DNA of 64,000 nucleotides. Origin: Azolla caroliniana. Taxonomy: Eukaryota; Plantae; Polypodiophyta. Position 1 is the stretch's first letter; every line of letters starts with the position of its first letter. Below the pieces are notes generated by a model. It was not told the origin of the DNA. It searched no databases and saw only the letters and a program-made list of their open reading frames with translations. Positions 33,340 through 48,269 of this stretch are shown piece after piece. The stretch is from assembly GCA_043228905.1 (NCBI GenBank), contig JBHGNT010000018.1, positions 10,850,001 to 10,914,000 on the forward strand. The letters are read 5' to 3'. Position numbers and translations under genes: made by a program.

Positions 33340-36300
33340 TCACTGTACAGGTACAGAGCAACTCCCCACATCAGTGAAAGATGACAAACTTTCTTCATTT
33401 TTCCTTTGTTCCATATGATGATCTCCACACACTGCGGTGCTTGAGTCTTTCTTGCCACATGCCTCTTTCTCTCTTGCTCTCTGGAAATCTTCTAGACTGC
33501 AGAATTGTTCATCGAGGAGCTTCTCTAATTCAGAGTGTTTCTTTAGGGGCCTAACATCTTTCTCTTTCCGGTAAAAATGGAAAGCCCTATAATGGCACAA
33601 TGTTGAAGCTCAGTGAAACAACTGAAAGATAGCTAGTGTATTTCACAAATGGCCATCGGGGAAGCACAACTCACCAGTACTTTTCAAGACCATAGAGATT
33701 CCCTTTCTTAAATGTTTCCAGTGTTAATCGCTCAAAATCATCGTATAGCTTCTGTTTGAATTTCTTTTCCAGGCCATAACTGCTCAAAATACACGACATC
33801 ACATGATAAAACATGTTACGAAAACATTGTTTTTATACATCCACCATAAATTCTATTAAAAAATAGACCTATACACATAGTGTAATGCTAAATCTTATGC
33901 TTTATAAAGCTAAGGTCAAAGGAAGTTTAATGCAATGGTCAAATTCTATGTTCATTGTCAATAGCACTCGACGCTAATAGTTAATTAGCACAATGGCTTT
34001 ACAATCCATAGCCTGTGGGTTGAAAACAATTGTATTGCCTTATAAGTGGCAAAGATAACAAATAAGATCAGAAAAAACAGCTTACACATAATTGAAAGTA
34101 GAGTTCTACTTAGGAAATCACCTGTAGAACCTAAATAAACATTCCATCCCATAATTATATTTTGATGCTGCATCTTCCTCAGCCAAACGCCTAAACTCCT
34201 TGTACATTGAAGCATTATAATGTGTTCGCAGGAAGTAAGACCAAAAGCGAAATAGAGAGTTCATCTCCTATATAAAAATAACAGCACATAATCAATTGGA
34301 CAAATCAAACATTGATTTCCATCCCACTTCCAGTTCTGCAGTGCAAAATGTACATGGAAAAAGAAATGTTAACAGAAACGAATCAGCAAGTAATACAAGA
34401 TTTTACCCTAAAGCTGACATTAGCGACTCATTCACATTCAAGCATAATCAAACTTCAGTTGAAGCATTGATGAAAAAGCATTCCGCCCATCCAGTTTGAA
34501 TATAAATTACATGATTTGAATGATTAAATTTTCTATTCCATGGAATAATTGAATAAGGAAACGCAAGCCAGTTCATAATATATAACAGCTTATATTTTGA
34601 TGAAAAATGGACGGGGCTTGTTAAGCACAACTTGCTTTTCTGTCATAAATGAAATTATACTTTTTTTATGCGCATTTCTTCCTGGTTGATAAATCATTGA
34701 CAGATTCTTTTCCTCTTGGTTGGAAGTGTAAGCTGAGAGATCATACCCATGCATAATAGGTCATCTATAAAGAATTTTTATGATATATAGTAGTTGACTG
34801 CTAAGAAGCCTTCTCATTCTTGGGTAACCACGGACGGACTATACTCTTATATTGAATTCTCACTAGATTGGATTTGTGAAATAAATCTGAAGTGACAACT
34901 CAGCATTCTAACTACTATCATCAATTCTTCTTCCTGGATTTTGGACAATCAGATTGATTACGGATGGATGGTTAGTCTGAATATGAATAACATTGAAAAT
35001 AAATTGTATCAAAATGCTGAAATTATATCTAGTAAATTTAATTATATGTTTCATGCTCACTCTATCTGCTAATATATTTTCACAGAAGCATAAGTGACGT
35101 CAGCTGATAACATAAGATCCTATGAATGTTCTGGTCTATGGATGTAGGTAATTTGTACAGAACGAATACATGTATTTGCTTCACCTTCTGATCTCAAATT
35201 TTTGTTTACTGGGTCCAGAGCTCCATACATAGTACAAGCAACAAGAGATTTAACCTGTCCATAATTCAATCACCCACCTGGGTCCCAATATGAAGCAACT
35301 ATTGCATGGCCAAACAATAAATGAATACCTAACAATGTGACCAAGTGAGAAGGTCAAATTTACGCCCAGTTTATAATCCTAACCCAAAAACAGGCTTTCC
35401 GTATTCTTCTGATCAATGTTTCCACTGAGTTACACACTCAAAGGCAATTTAATTGGAAAGATGCTGATCCCAGAAAAAGAAAGTGGCTAGAAAACAATGA
35501 CATACTTCAAAAGCTCCTTCCATAGGCCAAAAGCAACTAGTAAACAAATGAAGACTTCCTAGCTAAATAGAAATGGAAAAACTAATTTTCCAAAACCTCA
35601 CCTCACTGCGACCAACACCAACTCGTTTCCGATCTGCCAAACAGCGCTTATGAAACTTCACATACCTAGCATATAAAGTTGCTTCAAATCAAAAGAACTT
35701 CTAAGAAAAACACCAACTAGCCAAAACAACTGTTAAGGTCATAGGTGAATTCCGACACACATTAATAATCCTTTACAGAACAAAAAACACTGAAATATAA
35801 TACCACACTTAAGCACACGAATCCTTTACAGATATAAATAATTTGAAATATTAATAACACTGTAATCAGGCAGGAGAATTTGGTCTTTTAAGAAAAGTGT
35901 ATCATTATAAATATCAAATGTAACCTTCTTTTTTCCAAAAAATCGAATGTAACCATTAAGACTAAATCAAATGCTTGAAAATCAGCTTAAAAAATGTAGG
36001 TCAGATATCACCATCCAAATGTGTCATGGAATATGACAAAAACGTATGCAAACAATTCAAATATGTGAAGCTCATCAACCAGTTGCAAATCATAGAGAGA
36101 AGACTTGACACTGACTATCCTCCCAGAGATCCAGTTAATATGCTATCCAAAACCTCACAATTTTACAAAAGAACATGCAAACAGTATTAAAATATTATAG
36201 AAAAAAATGTTTCAATAAATCATTTACTGTTGCTGCTTGAAACCATTGTCCTCAAGTAGAGCATGACTTGGATGCTGGAATTGAGGGAAAGATTTTGGCA

Positions 36301-39300
36301 AAGAACCAACTGGAGGACTGCAGCCTTGACCACTGCCACTAGCAACCAGAAGCCCATGTGGTGATGATCCAAGACGCAAAGAACTTGAACCATATGATGA
36401 AGAAAGGTTGCTGGATAGATTATAGAAAGTTATGAACACAAATATACCAAGCATAAAGATTAGATGTGGCGAAAAAGGTGTCTACCAACCTTGAATTGTC
36501 TGGGGGAGTTGCACCAAACAAGAAGCCAACAGACACACTGTTGGGGGGGCTTTCGGTGATAACATTGTGGTTATTATGCCGACCTTTAAGAGTTGATTCA
36601 TGGGGACCACCTGGAAAAAGTCGTAAGCTTCCACTCAGTTTGTTAGGCCTCCTTCGAGGCCTTGGACCATTCACATCAGAAAGGCCACTTGAGACATTGG
36701 GCACACTGCCAATAGTAGATTTAAAGCTCCCAGATTCGGAAAAGCTGCTCCCAGTCTTAAGAACGTTTACAGAAGCTTTGCCCTCTAGGATAGAGGTGAT
36801 TCCTACACTTGATGTTTTGGTACTTTTGTGCAGTTCCTACATATTTGGCATAAACGGTTTTCTAATATAGCAGTAAATCTCTTGGTTTCATATTAGTTAT
36901 ATGATCAAATGTTTGGAGAGATACCTGTTCATAGAAGACAAGTCCGTCATTCAGAGCTGTAGCAAGTTCATCTGAAATTGCCTTCTGCTGATTATCACTG
37001 CCATCTTGGCCTTTCTTAAATCCCCGCCTTCCTTGTTGAGTCTGAAATCACACATCCATAAAAACAAAAATAGAGTTTGTAAACGAGCTTCAGCTTCTCA
37101 AGACAATCAACTGATTTGTCAAGAGAACAGGCCTTTCATTCAGACTAGAAACCTGATAAATAATTACAAAGTTACATCTCAGGATTCACAAGAAGATAAG
37201 CTCTAGGAAAGGAGGTCTTATATGACATGTTAATGGACTAGACAATCATATCCCTCATTTAAAGAAATGAGCCTTACCCACGAAGTCATGCAAAACGAGG
37301 TCTTCATAGAACATTAATAATTTAGCAGCTACAAAAAGTATGGAATGAAACAAAATGTTCACGAAGCTAGATTCAGCAGGGAGCTTTGAACAGATAGATT
37401 GGCTGATAGTATCCCATTTACAGGTAGTAACTAAATGCATGAAAATCATGAAAACCCCCAAAGTTAAGTGAAAGGAGATCCTTTACAGAACATTTATAAT
37501 GTAGAAAACTAGCAGAAGTATAGAATAAAACAAAGTATTTCATGAAGTCAAATTCACTGAAGAACTTTGAAAAGATGGATTGGCTAATAATATCTTATTA
37601 CAATAGAATGATTCTTCAAAAGAGAAGAGAAGAAATGAGAACCCCAAAAGCAAAATAAATTCAATTACGAAAAGAAAGAACAAATATATAGTAAATTCAC
37701 AAAGAAAAGAAAGAAAATATGCATGTCCCATGCCCATGCAAACAAACTATAATGTGTTCACTGATTTTTCCATTATGGTAATCCGCTAAAAAGGCAGAAA
37801 AAATGAACTTCATTCACCATGCATGACATGGCCAAAACCTAGGACATCCATGCCATCAGGGCTAAAGAATAGATTCTCTAAAGATTTCACATTATATGTC
37901 CGAGACCAAAAAGAGAAACTTTTCCATATGTTATACCTATGAATCATTTCTTTGGCCTAAGGGATTCTGAATCCTCTTGCCGAGTAGAATGGTTCTCTTA
38001 TCTGAACACTTTATAACTTGTTTTGCGAACCCATGACTAGAACCAAAAGACTAACATAACTTGAATATCCCAGAGTTAGAAAGGAAAATTCTTCATTTCA
38101 ACTTGAAAAATATAGGTCTGCAATATGAACATAAGATAAGCGTTCTCACACAAACAGGTGCATAGTGCACTTGTGTGGCCACATGCTGTCCCATAGGAGG
38201 ATGAGCGTGATCCCAAAACTAATGAAAAATAATGGCATGACAATTCTTATTAGACCTGGAGTATCTTCATGTTCCTCTTAATAACAACAAACAGAAATAA
38301 GTAAGCATATGATTGATTGTGAGGACCAATTTCATGGCTAGCACCATACTTCATTGACTGCCATCCCCAAAAAGAGTTAAGAAAATATATAGGTAAGTTG
38401 AAGCATTGTAACTTCAAGTATTTGCAAATGTATGATGTGCAAGCAGACTCAAATACATGTACATATTTCTTTTCAATAAAGATGTGCTCAAGTTTCTGAG
38501 TTGTATTACCTAACCTAGATATGTTTGACTTTTAGGGTATTATTTAGCCCATAATTGTGCAACTATAGTAGCTAAATATCTCCAGCTTCAGAGTATCTTT
38601 ATATGACTGTATAGAATAATGCAAAATGCTAAGAACTGATGGATAATTTTAGATTCTTTGCTGAATGTTAGACTGCATAACGTAAGTATAACCTTGATTT
38701 AGAAGAAGAGGAGCAACTGAAACTTTAACTTTCTTGGCAGAAAACATAAGAGCTCTAGTTTGTTCTAATAAGCATAAGGACAATTAGGTATGTTGAATTT
38801 TCCAGTCACAACAAAAATGAAGTTCCACCGTCCATTCAGAAATAAAAATCATAATATTTAAAGAAGACACATAAAAAAAACCAGGCCTTGCATCTACATT
38901 GATCACCGGGGCTACACCTGTGTCACGATGATAAGATTTTGCACATAACTATCATTCATTTCGGAGTCGTCATCATCATCCTCATTATGGCTGTAAAGGC
39001 AACCAACATTGTTCATACTCAATTGAACAAGGATAAAAATGAAGAAAAAATAGCTTGTTAGAATAGAAATACCTTTTTGACTGGTTAGAATGATCTTTGG
39101 TCATCAAGCGATTTGATTCTAGTTCCTCATCCATTTGAAAAGTGTCTTCTTCCTGATCATTCAAACTTTTGTTTGCAAACGCATTAGATAAGCCCCCCCT
39201 TCTTGATCTGGGACTTTTGATTGCCACATTTGAATTCATGGATACATTATTCCATTGTTTTGATCTGGTTCTGCTATCAGTATCAGTGGTTCCAGCCCTC

Positions 39301-42300
39301 CCCTGCACCTTTAATCATAGAGCATTGGATCAACATCACATATGTCTTATCAAGTTCTGCATCATTCGCATGTGTTACCTTAACATCCCGGCTTCCTGAA
39401 ACTTTAGCGGGATCAGTTTTGACCTCAACTTTATTAATAATAGTATTTGCTACAATTGGTGTGGATGTTTCATGCCTTCCCAATGCTGGTTGTCCATCAT
39501 TGATTGCATCTAGTCTCGTCACATTCATTGGCCATCCTTCTTTTGATTCTTCCGATGAAGTAGAACAGTCATGGATATTATTAGTCAAGGAATTTTGACC
39601 CAAATTTGAATCTCTCTCTTTTGGAACTGAGGCAGTAGACTCATAATGGCTTGGGGGAAGAAGCCATTTCACCCAATCTTCCCTCTTGCGTATTTTATCA
39701 CCCTGTCCATTATCAAGACATTATACTCTGTAAGCAAGCTGTTTCAACTCTTCTATAATACTCGGTTCTAAAATAGCTCACCTGAACTTCAACAACTCTA
39801 GAATTTTGCAGCACGTCCAAAATAAGCCCAGGATTGGGAGTCAACCTTTTGACCTAGAATAGAGGTTAACATTTTTTTTATTAAGGCTACTGCTCCTCCC
39901 AATAAATATCCATAAAGTAAATGTGCATTTAGCAAAAAACAAATACCCGATTAAAATTGGCAATCACTGTGACTGGAATAAAACCATGCTCATCCATATT
40001 TGAGCGTAAATATATATCCCTGCATAAATTCTCTATACTGCCAAGCCAATAATAAAGAGTTTTGCTACCTTTGAAGTTGGAGAAAACGTAGATAGATACA
40101 AGCTACTTAAAGGCAAAATAAAATTTAACCTGAAATAGTATTCGATCTGCTTCGCCAGCATTGACCTTAAAGAAGCAAAATCTGGACCATTGAGCATGAC
40201 ACCTGGAGGAGGAGGTCCAGGAGGACCATAAAATGGAGGTCCACCATGTAAATGCTCAGGACCCCCAGGTGGTAAATAATACATGCCTGGAGTTGCATCT
40301 GCACAGGCACAAAATCACATTATCTGAATAATCATAAGAGTCCAAAATCAGCCTAATACAACAATAATGATAAAGTCAACAGACTAAGCTTGTGCGGACT
40401 GAGAAGAGACTTGCTTTGAAACCCTGCCGTGGGGAAGAAACCTGCATTTGTATTGTAGAAAAGTGACGGTGGTCGAGGAAGGTTGCGAGGACCAACTCTT
40501 TGTTGTTGGAATGGTAATCCAACATCCCTAGCATTTCCATAATTCTTATTTCCGTGATGCCAGCCATGGCCACCCCGCCCTTGTTCTCGTCCCATATTCC
40601 TACGATTCAGATTGTTGTGTGGGAAAGGTGGTCCATCTGCCCTTTGATTAAGAGAGGGAGGGGCATGTTCATAACTGCCTCCAACTTCTGGAGCTTTGTT
40701 TGCCATGTCACTTGATCCCTTTCTTTGATCTGGATTTGTGTTATGTGCCACATTAACCAGAGGAAAGCTGTTATCAACAGTAGCTGGTAAAACAGGTGAT
40801 GGGTTTTGGGATGTGGGTAGTATTCCATTAGTAAAAACAGCTCTCTTGGCTGCTGATTTTTGTTTATTTCCAGTCGGAGAGCTACTACCATTACTACCGC
40901 TGCTTAGTCCACCCCTATGCAATACAGGGGCTACTGGAGTTCCCTGCAAAGCAAGAAAAATATATTCGTCAAAAATTATTGATCAATTTCAAGAGATATG
41001 GCTAATTTGAAGGACCCTTAAAGTTAAATTTCTGCCAGCAATCTCTTTCTTCATTCAATGACATCAATTATTCTCTTTGAAAGCCTATCACGACATCATC
41101 ATCACATCAAAATCTGATTGGAATCAATTTAAAGAAATCTATATTATCTGAATTAGCTGTCTATTGAAATTCAGGCTTCAGCAAAAGAAAATAGCACTTG
41201 ACATCAATCCACAATATGATTGAATAAAACTAAAACCATGTGGATTATGAATGAGGTTTCAAGTGAAACTCAGCAACGAAAAGCAGGAAAAAACGTATAA
41301 AACATAAAAATCATAATGTAAGCTCATTAAGAGAGATTCAAAGTGAAATTTAAAACCTATAACGAGTATTTGAATAGAGTGGAAATTGGGGATAAAAACT
41401 GGCTGAAAAACATTGTACGTCCTATAAAAAGGATAATGCAAACCTAGCACAAGAAATATTTGACGTAAAATTTGAGTAAGCACGGGTAATTTGAATGAGT
41501 TATCGACTGAAATTCAGCAAAGAAACATAAATCATTATTGGACTATATATATGAGCCACCAAACTGGGAATATATACATAGAGTTTCCCCAAATGTCTTA
41601 GTTTTTTCTTATTTGCACAAAAGCCAAAGTTTTTCTTTATTTCTACAAATGCCTTGAATTCTTCTTTATTTCCTTAAATGCCCTTGGAAATCCCTTAGAA
41701 GAGAGAAAAGTGGACAACTTTCTCCTATAATTCTCAAATACACATATAATTGAGAAATATGGGATGAATTGACCATATAATTACTCATTAGAAAATATGG
41801 TTCCTCTTTTGGTTGTTGACCAGAGGGGCATTTGAGGAAATAAAGAAAACAACAGGTATTTGTAAGGTATTCCCATGAATGAGCTTTCAAGTGAATTCAG
41901 CAAATGAAAAAAAAAAGCAGAATAAAGTTCATCACTCCTAAAACAATAACATAAGTTGAAGAATTTTAAGAATTTAAGGATTAGTTAGTATAAATGATCA
42001 TTCAAGTAAATTTTGGCAAAGAAAACAGAAAAAGCAGAAGAATTTTCCCATAACCCCCCTAAAAGAATAATTTTTTGGTAAGGGCGATTAGAAAGTGAAG
42101 CTGAAGATATATGAACTATTTTAAGTAAGAATTATGTGTAGGAAAACAACGATACTTTCTTACAAACCCTAAATGGATAAAAATGCAATCTCAGCTAGTG
42201 ATTTGCAGTGAATTCTAGAGAAGGCCTTGATTATGGAATGAGCTTTCATGTCAACCAAAAGAATTTGATATTATACTAAAACGATCATTTGGTTCAGTAT

Positions 42301-43489
42301 TGAGTAGTTTGAGGAGAAATTTAACAATATATATGAAATATTTAAATAAAATTTTGATGGCGATAAAAACTTTGGTTTAGAAACCATGAGAAAGATATGC
42401 ACTATTTGAATGGGCTTTGAGATGAGAAATTCAGCAGAGAGAACAGTAAATAAGCAGAAAAAACATTGTTATGAAAACCTTAGGAGAAGTAACATGAGTG
42501 GTAAAAAAACATTTTTGACATTTGAATGAGTTCCCAAGTGAGTTGCAACAAAAACTAAAGGAAAATCAAAAAATAAATGAATTATTTGAATGAGCTTTTA
42601 ATGAGATTTCGCCAAAAAAAAAAAAAAAAAAACAATTTCAGAATAGACCATAAAAAGGATAATGTAGCTTGTGAAACTTCAAAATTATGGGGATTATTTC
42701 GATTGATCTTTTATGTAAACATTGCCTAGAAAGCAAAACGAGAAATCTTTGGATTTAAAACCATAAAATAAAGAAAAGTAAAAGAAATAGATATGAAACC
42801 TTGATACTAATAAATACCTGGTAGTTAGAATGTTCATCTAGAGAAGTAGAAGGGGAAGGGGAAGGGGAAGGTGCTCCTTTAGCGTCAGGGGATTTAGCAG
42901 CAGCACAAGCGTCACCCAGGGAGGGCCATACAACCGCACCCCCCATGACAGGACCAAATGAATCTGCCACATTTGCTTGTTTAGTGTGCGTGTTTGCATC
43001 ACTTATTACATCAGTCGGCCTCTTCCATGCAGCCATCCTGGTGCCATTTGGCTTGGAAGGAGATTCCACCACACTAGTGGACAAAGAAGAAGAAGAAGAA
43101 GAAGGTTTTCCTTCCAGTTCTCCTCCTTCTGCTTTTGGAACCGAAGCGCTGGATGGAGGTCCCACACTTTGATCAGAAGAACCCTGCATAGCTGCCTCCT
43201 TCTCCTTAGGGTTAGGATTTGTAGTATTAGGGTTTGGGGGGTTTGGGCTTTGAGGGTTTTGGGTTTTAGGGTTGCAGAAGGGAGCAGGGGCGACGAGCAG
43301 TTGCGAAGAAGAAGATGAAGGGGAGGTTACGGTGGTGGTGGTAGTGGTAGTGGTAGTGGATTGGGGGAACGGGGGCACTTGCTCTTGCTCTTGCTCTTGC
43401 TCTTGCTCTTGCTCTTGCTCTTGCTCTTGCCCTTGCCCTTGCCCTTGCCCTTGCTGTAGAGGTGATGAACCTGTAGAAGAAGAAGTCAT
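33340..43489 (-). CDS. LARP1: La-related protein 1 (multi-exon host gene)
   Basis: The spliced La motif reads QIEYYFS|[30 protein letters not shown]|VKRL...VEVQ|[13 protein letters not shown] (~40300-39660). DM15 repeats read [42 protein letters not shown]|AFHFY (~36300-33550). The N-terminal exon (43489-42818) contains WPSLG. Confidence 0.95.
43378..43452 (-). repeat. Hexanucleotide coding microsatellite (QG/QE repeats) in LARP1 exon 1
   Basis: (TTGCTC)n followed by (TTGCCC)n. Confidence 0.9.
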
Positions 43490-43514
43490 ATTTTTTTGCT
43501 TAAATTAAGGTAAG

Positions 43515-43808
43515 GTTGGCTTGGCTTGGCTTGGATTCTGCCTCACTCACTCACTCACTCACTCAATTAATTAATTAATTAAGGAAGGAAGGAAGGTTGT
43601 GTGATATGGAGAAAGCTGCTGCTGCAGAGCAGAGAATTCGAAAGCCATGAATGTATCAGTCTGTATGTATCAGTATGTATGTATGTATGTATGTATGTAT
43701 GTATGTATATAGTAGAACAACGCAACCAGACTCCAACCCCACCCCCCCCCCCCGTGGCTATGTACATATATATACATAGCTATCTATCTATCTATTCATC
43801 ATCATCAT

Positions 43809-43845
<37 letters not shown>

Positions 43846-44000
43846 GAAAGATGATGATGATGACCCCCCCCCCCCCCCGCCCCGTGGCTTCCTCTCCTGC
43901 TGCTTCTTCCTCTTCCCTTCATGCGGTATGTATGTATGTATGTAATAATGTATGTATGTATTATGTATGGAAGGTATGATGCATCCATCCATCCATCCAC
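43515..44000. repeat. Microsatellite cluster in the LARP1 5' region
   Basis: (TTGGC)n, (CTCA)n, (TATG)n, (AG)n, (GAT)n and poly-C tracts. Confidence 0.9.
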
Positions 44001-44149
44001 TTGGGGATGGATGAGATAGATAGCCCCCCCCTCCCAATTACAAAGAAGGCCATAGTAATAATAAATTATAATAATACCATTTGCCTTTTGCCTTTTGCTT
44101 TTTGTCCATGCATGGTGTGTATTGGACAATTATCAATAGACCTATCGCT

Positions 44150-46010
44150 AGCTAGGGTTTATGGTGCCCATCTATCTCTCTTTCTATATATATATGTATA
44201 TATAACCCTCTTTTTTCATTATTCAAAGGGTACCCATATCTTTCTATATTGATAGAAACGACTTTGCATTTGAGAGTCCAAATAGCAATGATTCCACTAT
44301 GCATAGGGTTTATGGACATAGAATTCTCTATCAACCCCATCTTGTGCGCTTTTCCATTTACTTTGAAGCCTTAGTACATATGGGATCATCTCAAGTCCCT
44401 CCATCAACTCATGAATTCCATTATCCAAGGTGCTCCCTTTGTCAAGCTTAGTGGATCTAGAAATGTAATTTGGAGATATATATTGTAGGCAATATTCATG
44501 CAATGTGGAACATGACTTGGATAATGCGACAACATGTGATGTCATTAATGTTAATGTTTTGGATAGTGTAGGTCCATTTGAATTTGCACGTGGATGGCTT
44601 TTGTCCATGCATATTTTAAATAGTTCCTTCATGGACAATAGACCTAGGGTTTGCATAATATAAAGAGATCTACCCTCATGTGCTCATGATACTCCTTTCA
44701 TTTCAGTATCTATGTTATTGCATGTTATTGGCCCGGGATTTTAGGGCATGTTGTCATGAGCACATTCGCCAATCTCTTCATCTTGTAATCATGTTGCAAT
44801 CATGTTAATATCAAGTGAATTACATATTATTGCCCCATCATCTAGGACACGCATTGACATTGTTATGAGCATATTTTTAATCTCTCCATCTTGCAATTAT
44901 GTTGTGTTCACTTTTGTATTGATGGTATTACATGTTGGCAAGCCTTACCATCACATTATCCCATTCCTAAAATGACGAGTTGTAGTAGTCGTCATGGTGA
45001 CAGTAGGACCAGGTTTGTTGGGGTATTGACAATGAAATTCTTTGACCAGATTTGACGCATTTGCTAAATTCCCAGCGTGGAAAATGTTGGGGTATTGATG
45101 ATGAAATTCTTTGAACAAATTTGAAGCATTAGCTAAATTCTCATAAGGTTCCCACATTCGATCATTTGGATCATAACCCAACCAATCCACCAAATAATAT
45201 GATTTATTGTGTAAGAACTTGGAATCAAGAACTAATACAAATTCATATTCAAGACCATTAGCAACTTGTATAGGAGATGGTGGTGGTATCACATGATTCG
45301 GATTAGTACTCGTGGCACAAGGTTCGCGAAGGGAACAATGAAACATTGGCTGATGTCGCATATGAGAAGGGATATCACGACGGAAAGTCACCTCATACAT
45401 TGGTCCCAATCGTTGATAATGGTTCAATCGTTCATAATCAAGTTTATCACAAGGTCGTGTCATTCTCATAACTGATCTTCCACACTTGGATTTGTACAAA
45501 CTCTAGGAAGCTCCAAGAAAGACCATCGAGGATGATAACCACTATATGCGAAGAATGGCATGACCTTAGAAGTAGAATGCATTGAGTTATTGTATTCAAA
45601 CTTAGCAAAATGCAATATTGTTGTCCAATCATCCTGTTGATAGGTAATGAAACAACAAAGATATTGTTCCAATGTTTCATTAGTGCATTCAATATGACCA
45701 TCAATTTGTGGATGATAACTAGAATAGAGTTTACACGAGATGTTGAGTAAAGTGAGACCCATGATCATTGATAATGTTGTCTAGGAGGCCACGATGACAA
45801 AAAGCTTCTCTCATAACAAGATCGATTGTTTCTTAGCTACTCATGCTCTTAATTAATACATGGTATAAAATATGCCACCTTCGTAAATCGATCAACTATA
45901 ATTAGAGTAGCATCAAAACCTTTAGAAAGTGGCAAATTTGTAATAAAATCAAAGGAAATCGATTGCCAAGGTCATTTTTGGGAATTAGTAAAGGATAGAA
46001 TAATCCATAG
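44150..46010 (-). mobile_element. Chromoviral Gypsy remnant (integrase, chromodomain, PPT, 3' LTR starting at 44955; left boundary uncertain)
   Basis: YHPQIDGHIE...NETLEQYL integrase; chromodomain EYE...YYLVDWLGY...WEPYENL; purine tract then TGTGATGG. Confidence 0.75.
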
Positions 46011-46039
46011 GGGCAATGGAAAGGTATCTTTGTTGTTTA

Positions 46040-48021
46040 TGCTCGGAGATAACACCTTCGATTATTTCTAAGGTAATCAGGTCTGGGGTCGTGGTACGTA
46101 GTGATGGACAAGAAACTTGGGATTGCATGACTAGTTGATTTCGAAAAACATTCGGCCACAACTGGCCTCGTATCCTTAGATGTGTTTCACACTGTATCCT
46201 TTTTGTCACACAGATAACACCTGGCAACCTAAAATTGATAAGGAGTCGTGACAGAATTCTACTATACACTCAATTTCTTCCAAAATGTTGAGGATGTCCT
46301 CGGAAGGTGGGAGCACGATCCTCTCCTCGGTCGTGGGCATTGTAGTGGCCATGTTGTCCAATGGGGGTGTTAGCTCGATATGCGGGATTTGCTCGGTGTG
46401 GATTGCGGCTGAAACCTCGAGCTATTTTTTGGTAGCTTCCATAGTAGTTGGTGGGGTTGAGGCCTCTTGCTTTGTGGTATGCTCCTACGCTTGTTGTGGT
46501 GCCATCCCTGTCTCTGCTTCGTTTGTCTGCCCCTAGGTTGCTTCCTTGAGTGCACGTTCAATTTCGAGCATTAACAACAACTGGTCGTTGTTGAATTCCT
46601 CAAGGAGGTTCCTGATTGTCGTGGTGTGCGTGCTTGCCAGGGCTTGGAATGCGGTGAGGTCTTCTTGGAGGACTTGGATGCTGCTTTCGTCCATCTTATA
46701 AAATCTATGACCCTCTTTTTTCTGGTTTTCGGCATCGATTCAAAAATATTGCAATTCGGCTGCTTGGACCAACCATTCTTTCCACCCGTGGGCTAGAATC
46801 TCCTCGGCCTTTTAATTAAGCTTCGACCGATATTTAAGGACGAGGGCTCATATGCGTGTCTCGATCATTTAATCTTTAGCCCGTAGGGTTTCCAGTTCTT
46901 CTTTTGCTTGCTTGGCCTCTATCCGTGATTGGATTTGGGCGATTTCATACGATTTGGTGATGTGCTTAGTTTTAAATCTAAATTGCACCCGTGGCCTAAT
47001 GGATAAGGCACTTGACTTCTAATCTAGGAATTGTGGGTTCGAGTCCTACCAGACGTGCCTAATTGTGTTGTCTCTATCTCGGAGGCAACACCTTCGATTA
47101 CTTAGATAAGGTAATCGAGTCTTTTCGGCTAGTTGATTTCAAAAAACAATCGACCACAATCGGCCTTAAGATAGATATATTAATAGATTCAGATACAAAG
47201 GTTACACGGCTCACGGCCGGAGTTCTATTCACATACAATGAGATAGATAAAAGTAATCCTCTCTAGACTAGTGCATATTTCCCTCTCCCTCTGATTTTGC
47301 TCCTCGTTTTATAGCTTCCCTTTCTGCTTGGCATGCTTTAGTCAATCCTTTCATCTCGGCTGCACGTATTCCGTTCCCTTCCTCATTCTCGGTTGTCATT
47401 TTTCACCTAATTTACCAACTCATATCTATAGATTTGTTTCACATTGTATCCCTTTTGTCCCATGGTTAACACTTGGCACGCTCGTGGGACTATGCCTTCG
47501 CACGTCGAACCCCAAAATCGAAATGGAAATGTAAAATTGATAAGGAGCCGTGACGGAATTCCACTGTACACGGAATTTCTTCCAAAATGTCGAGGATGTC
47601 ATCGAAAGGTGGCAACATGGTCGTCTCCTCGGTCGTGGGCACTATAGTGGTCGTGTTGTCCAATGGAGGTGTCGGCTCGTCACGTGGAATACGCTCAGTG
47701 TGTATTGCGGCCGAAACGTTGAACTGTTGTTGGGTTGCTTCCATCGTAGTTGGCTGGGTCGAGGCCTCATGTTCTGCAGTCTGCCCATGCACTTGCTTTG
47801 GTGGCATCCCTATCTCTGCTTCGTCCCGTCTACCCCTAGGCAACTTCCTTAAATGCACGTTTCGAGCATTAGCGCCAACGGGTCGTCATTGAATTCTTCA
47901 AGGAGGTTCCCGATTTCTGTGGTGTGCATGCTTGCCAGGGCTTGGAATTCGTCGGTGAGGTCTTCTCGTAGGACCTGGATGCTGCTTTCGTTTATCTTAT
48001 AAAATCCGTGAGCCTCTTTTT
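46040..48021. repeat. tRNA-Arg/antisense-ORF tandem repeat, left block (one deleted unit + one truncated unit)
   Basis: Same unit sequence as 60180-64000 (e.g. GATTTCATACGA, CCATTCTTTCCACCC, GTCGAACCCCAAAATCGAAATGG). Confidence 0.85.
46985..47057 (+). tRNA. tRNA-Arg(UCU)-like copy, probably a pseudogene
   Basis: GCACCCGTGGCCTAATGGATAAGGCACTTGACTTCTAATCTAG...GGGTTCGAGTCC; TCT anticodon; mismatches in the acceptor and anticodon stems. Confidence 0.75.
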
Positions 48022-48269
48022 TCCAGATGCCGATGGTTATAACTCCCATCATGTCTCTAAAATGTGTATGTTTTTCCATGCTCAATCCCTTCGTAAGAAT
48101 ATCAGCAACTTGCTTATTTGTACTTACATACAACAGATCCACTTCTCCATCAATCACTTTTTCTCTAACAAAGTGATAATGCACTTCAATGTGCTTTGTT
48201 CTTGCATGGAACACTAGGTTTTTGCCAGCTGAATGTTGCTCATATTGTCACACCAAATTGTGACTGCGT

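Noticed and set aside
43579-44340. Short ORFs upstream of LARP1
   Set aside because: They are translations of microsatellites and low-complexity DNA.
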